Shown in pieces: positions 61,376 to 64,000 of a stretch of DNA of 64,000 bases (position 1 is the stretch's first letter; each line of letters starts with the position of its first letter). The stretch is from Octopus sinensis (lineage: Eukaryota). The DNA is taken from assembly GCF_006345805.1 (NCBI RefSeq), contig NC_043004.1, positions 37,882,001 to 37,946,000 of the forward strand, written 5' to 3'. The position numbers were made by a program, and so were the translations under genes. Under the pieces are notes generated by a model that was given only the letters and a program-made list of their open reading frames with translations, was not told where the DNA came from and made no database searches.

Positions 61376-62596
61376 TAATTAAAACACAGTAAGTGAAATT
61401 TTATAGATAGAATATGTGTAGAATCTCGTTGGGAGAACAGTTTTTGTTTTTGAGTGGGTGACCTGATTTAATTCGTTACCCCGGTGTAACTTTATCGCAG
61501 TCCACTTTGTTGCAAGCATTCGAGCCAAGAGTCAAGTTTAAGGATAACTTTCTTCTTTTCCTTTCACGAAAGTCATGAAAATGGTCAAAGACGTTGCTCT
61601 TTCTCTACTGACTAAGCAGTGAAAAAGTTTCTCACTAGATAAAAAGGTTCAGGTATAGCTAAAGATTTGGAATACAGCCCTACATTCTTAGACGAAATGA
61701 TAAGAAAAAAAAATACAAAAGACAAAACCGAAAATCAAACACCCAACATAAAAATAACAACAATAAAATGTATAACATAACACTCACATTCGTCTTCTTC
61801 GATAAAAAAAATTTTAACTGGTGTACAAAGCGAACCTCTGCCACACACACTCACACTCCATACATCTATTCCTGTAATCACACAACGCCCCACATCATAC
61901 CGATATCAGTTTTTGTCCTGAAATTACTTAGACGAGTCACTCAAGTTCGTTTCTTTCGCCCCAAGCAGCGTAAGGTGTCGCGTGTTTATAACAATATTAG
62001 ATCTTCGCTATTAAATTTGGCTTGAAAGCTGCTTAGCAGAGGGTATGGATTTCAAGGCGATTCTTATTCCTCTTTTTCTCTTCATAAATACAAATAATAC
62101 ACACATGTACAAACGTGCGAAGACACGCACACAGACACACACAAATATTTAAATTGAGATTTTGGTTAACACTCGAGTTTCACGCTCTGCGATCTTTTGA
62201 GTAACTATCTCTCCTCTTCTTTCTCTCTCTCTGTTTGTGTGTATGTGTTTATCTGTGTGTGTGTGCGTGCTCATGAATATATTTAAATGTATTTCAATAG
62301 ATATTGTGTGTATTCAAGTGTATGTGTGCGTTTTCAGAATATTCTTATCTTTATGTCTGTTTCTGTTTTTATATACCTTTATGTAGAAGTTTATCTCTAT
62401 ATGTGTATATTACAGTATCACTGTTGAGCAGGCTATCACATGTTGTTGCACTTCCATTTCTTTCTTGATTGCGCCATTCTTTTCCATTTTGGCCTTAATT
62501 GTCAAGCTAAATTGTCTTCCGATCGCCATAGAAGCCTTTCGAGTTGTTTTTTTCTGATCTATTGGATACAACTCAGCCACTGCACAGGTCTACCTG

Positions 62597-63189
62597 GGAT
62601 CTTTTTTTTTTGAACAGCAGTTTTCAACATAATTTCTAGTTAAAACCCTATCCCTAAATTTTAGCTTTTTGTTTGTTTGTTTTTTTTCTTAATTGTTAAA
62701 TTAATTTAATTGTTACGCGTGTGTCTAAAATTATTCGTTTTGTTTTTGTTTTGAGTTTTTGCTTTCGTTTTAGCTTTTCGTTTTTTTTCTTAATTGTTAT
62801 CCTTAAATTAATTTAACAATTAATAAAAAAATGAAAGGCTAAAACTAAAGAAAAAACTCAAAACAAAACGAATAAGTTTAGACACACGCGTAACAATTAA
62901 ATTAATTTAACAATTAAGAAAAAAAACGAAAGGCTAAAATTTAGGGTTAGGGTTAGTGACAGGATGTCTCAGTTTTAGACGCAGCAAATGATTTTAGCTC
63001 AATAGAGGCCATAGGATTGGTTAAAATTCGAAAAATTAAACTACGTTAAACTTACAAATTACAATTTTTTCAAGAAAGCCAAGAGAAAAAATGTTTTATT
63101 TTGACACATTCTACCAGTATACGAAGTTTAAAAGTGTTTAGTTAACTAGAAATTGTGTTGAAAACTGCCGTTCAAAAAAAAAAAGATCC
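62597..63189. mobile_element. Family M-related MITE copy 4 with a 310-bp internal foldback
   Basis: Degenerate TIRs ggatcttttt..gaacagcagtttt / aaaactgccgttcaaa..aagatcc; 8-bp TSD tctacctg (62589-62596 and 63190-63197). Confidence 0.8.
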
Positions 63190-63699
63190 TCTACCTGTTG
63201 TTTGAGAGACTCACGACACGTTCCGCGCAGCTGGATTTGTGTTTTCAGCATGATGTAAAATAAAAAGGAAATTCACATAAGTTCAGTAATGAATATGAAT
63301 GGATACTGCAATTTCCGTAAGTTTCAAGTAAGATAACAATATACACATAACCCAATGATTATTACGAGAATTTCTCCTTCTTCAGAAGGAATACTAATAT
63401 TATTTACATACAGAGGACACTGGATTTTCAAAATCCTTAGAGCACCGGGCCGGGCAAAATGCCTAGCGGTATTTAGATACAGCCCCTTTCATTCTAAGTT
63501 CAGATCCCGCCGAAGTCAACTGCATCTTCATCCTTACAAGACCTAATAGGTTGACTAAATGTTTCAATAAGGCATTGCAGACATCAGCGGAAAAAGAGAG
63601 TAAAAATGCACCTTCCTCTGAAGAACATAAGATAATGGCCAACAATTTTGAGAGGACAGGTATAGTCGATACCACTGAATTGGAAACAGCACTTTATTT

Positions 63700-63925
63700 T
63701 ATTGACCCTGAAATGAGTAAAGGCAAAGTCGACCTCATCAGGATTTGAACGTAGAACGTAAAGAGCCCGAAGAAATACTGCAAAGCCTTGATACCTATTT
63801 CTTTACTGCCCACAAGGAGCTACACACAGAGGGGACGAACAAGGACAGACAAACGGATTAAGTCGATTATGTCGACTCCAGTGCGTAACTGGTACTTATT
63901 TAATCGACCCCGAAAGGATGAAAGC
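63700..63925 (-). mobile_element. Family B SINE dimer fragment
   Basis: Bodies joined at the gatacctatttcttt junction near 63790. Confidence 0.75.
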
Positions 63926-64000
63926 AGGATTCTGTGAGATCGCCGCCTTTAATGTAACGTGGATAATAACTTCTCTAAAGACTTCAGACATTGTAACTAC

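Overview
AT-rich, microsatellite-dense animal genomic DNA. The repeat complement (tRNA-headed SINEs carrying internal microsatellites, RTE/CR1 LINE debris, Penelope-type remnants) suggests an octopus/coleoid cephalopod; this is inference, not a search result. Only one host-gene segment is recognisable: the terminal coding exon of mitochondrial ribosomal protein S6 (MRPS6-like, 3728-3983, +) with a polyA signal. The remaining ~60 kb has no recognisable host exon. It is a mosaic of at least four SINE families (labelled A, B, D, E here), LINE fragments, Tc1/mariner/maT and hAT relics, piggyBac-, hAT- and Merlin/MULE-type MITEs, Helitron-like elements, a Gypsy relic, long foldbacks and satellites. 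I found no convincing new multi-gene system. The best leads are: an apparently intact hammerhead-ribozyme core at 49191-49319 plus variant minimal hammerheads in Penelope-like remnants; a hierarchical 39-bp/89-bp array with stepwise-decreasing copy number (16016-17286); a four-unit SINE multimer inside one 15-bp target-site duplication (46832-47578); a MITE family carrying TTAGGG repeats; and an unexplained CpG-rich island (21560-21960). Coordinates were counted by eye, so ends of degenerate repeats are approximate. Family names rest on motif recognition, not on database searches.
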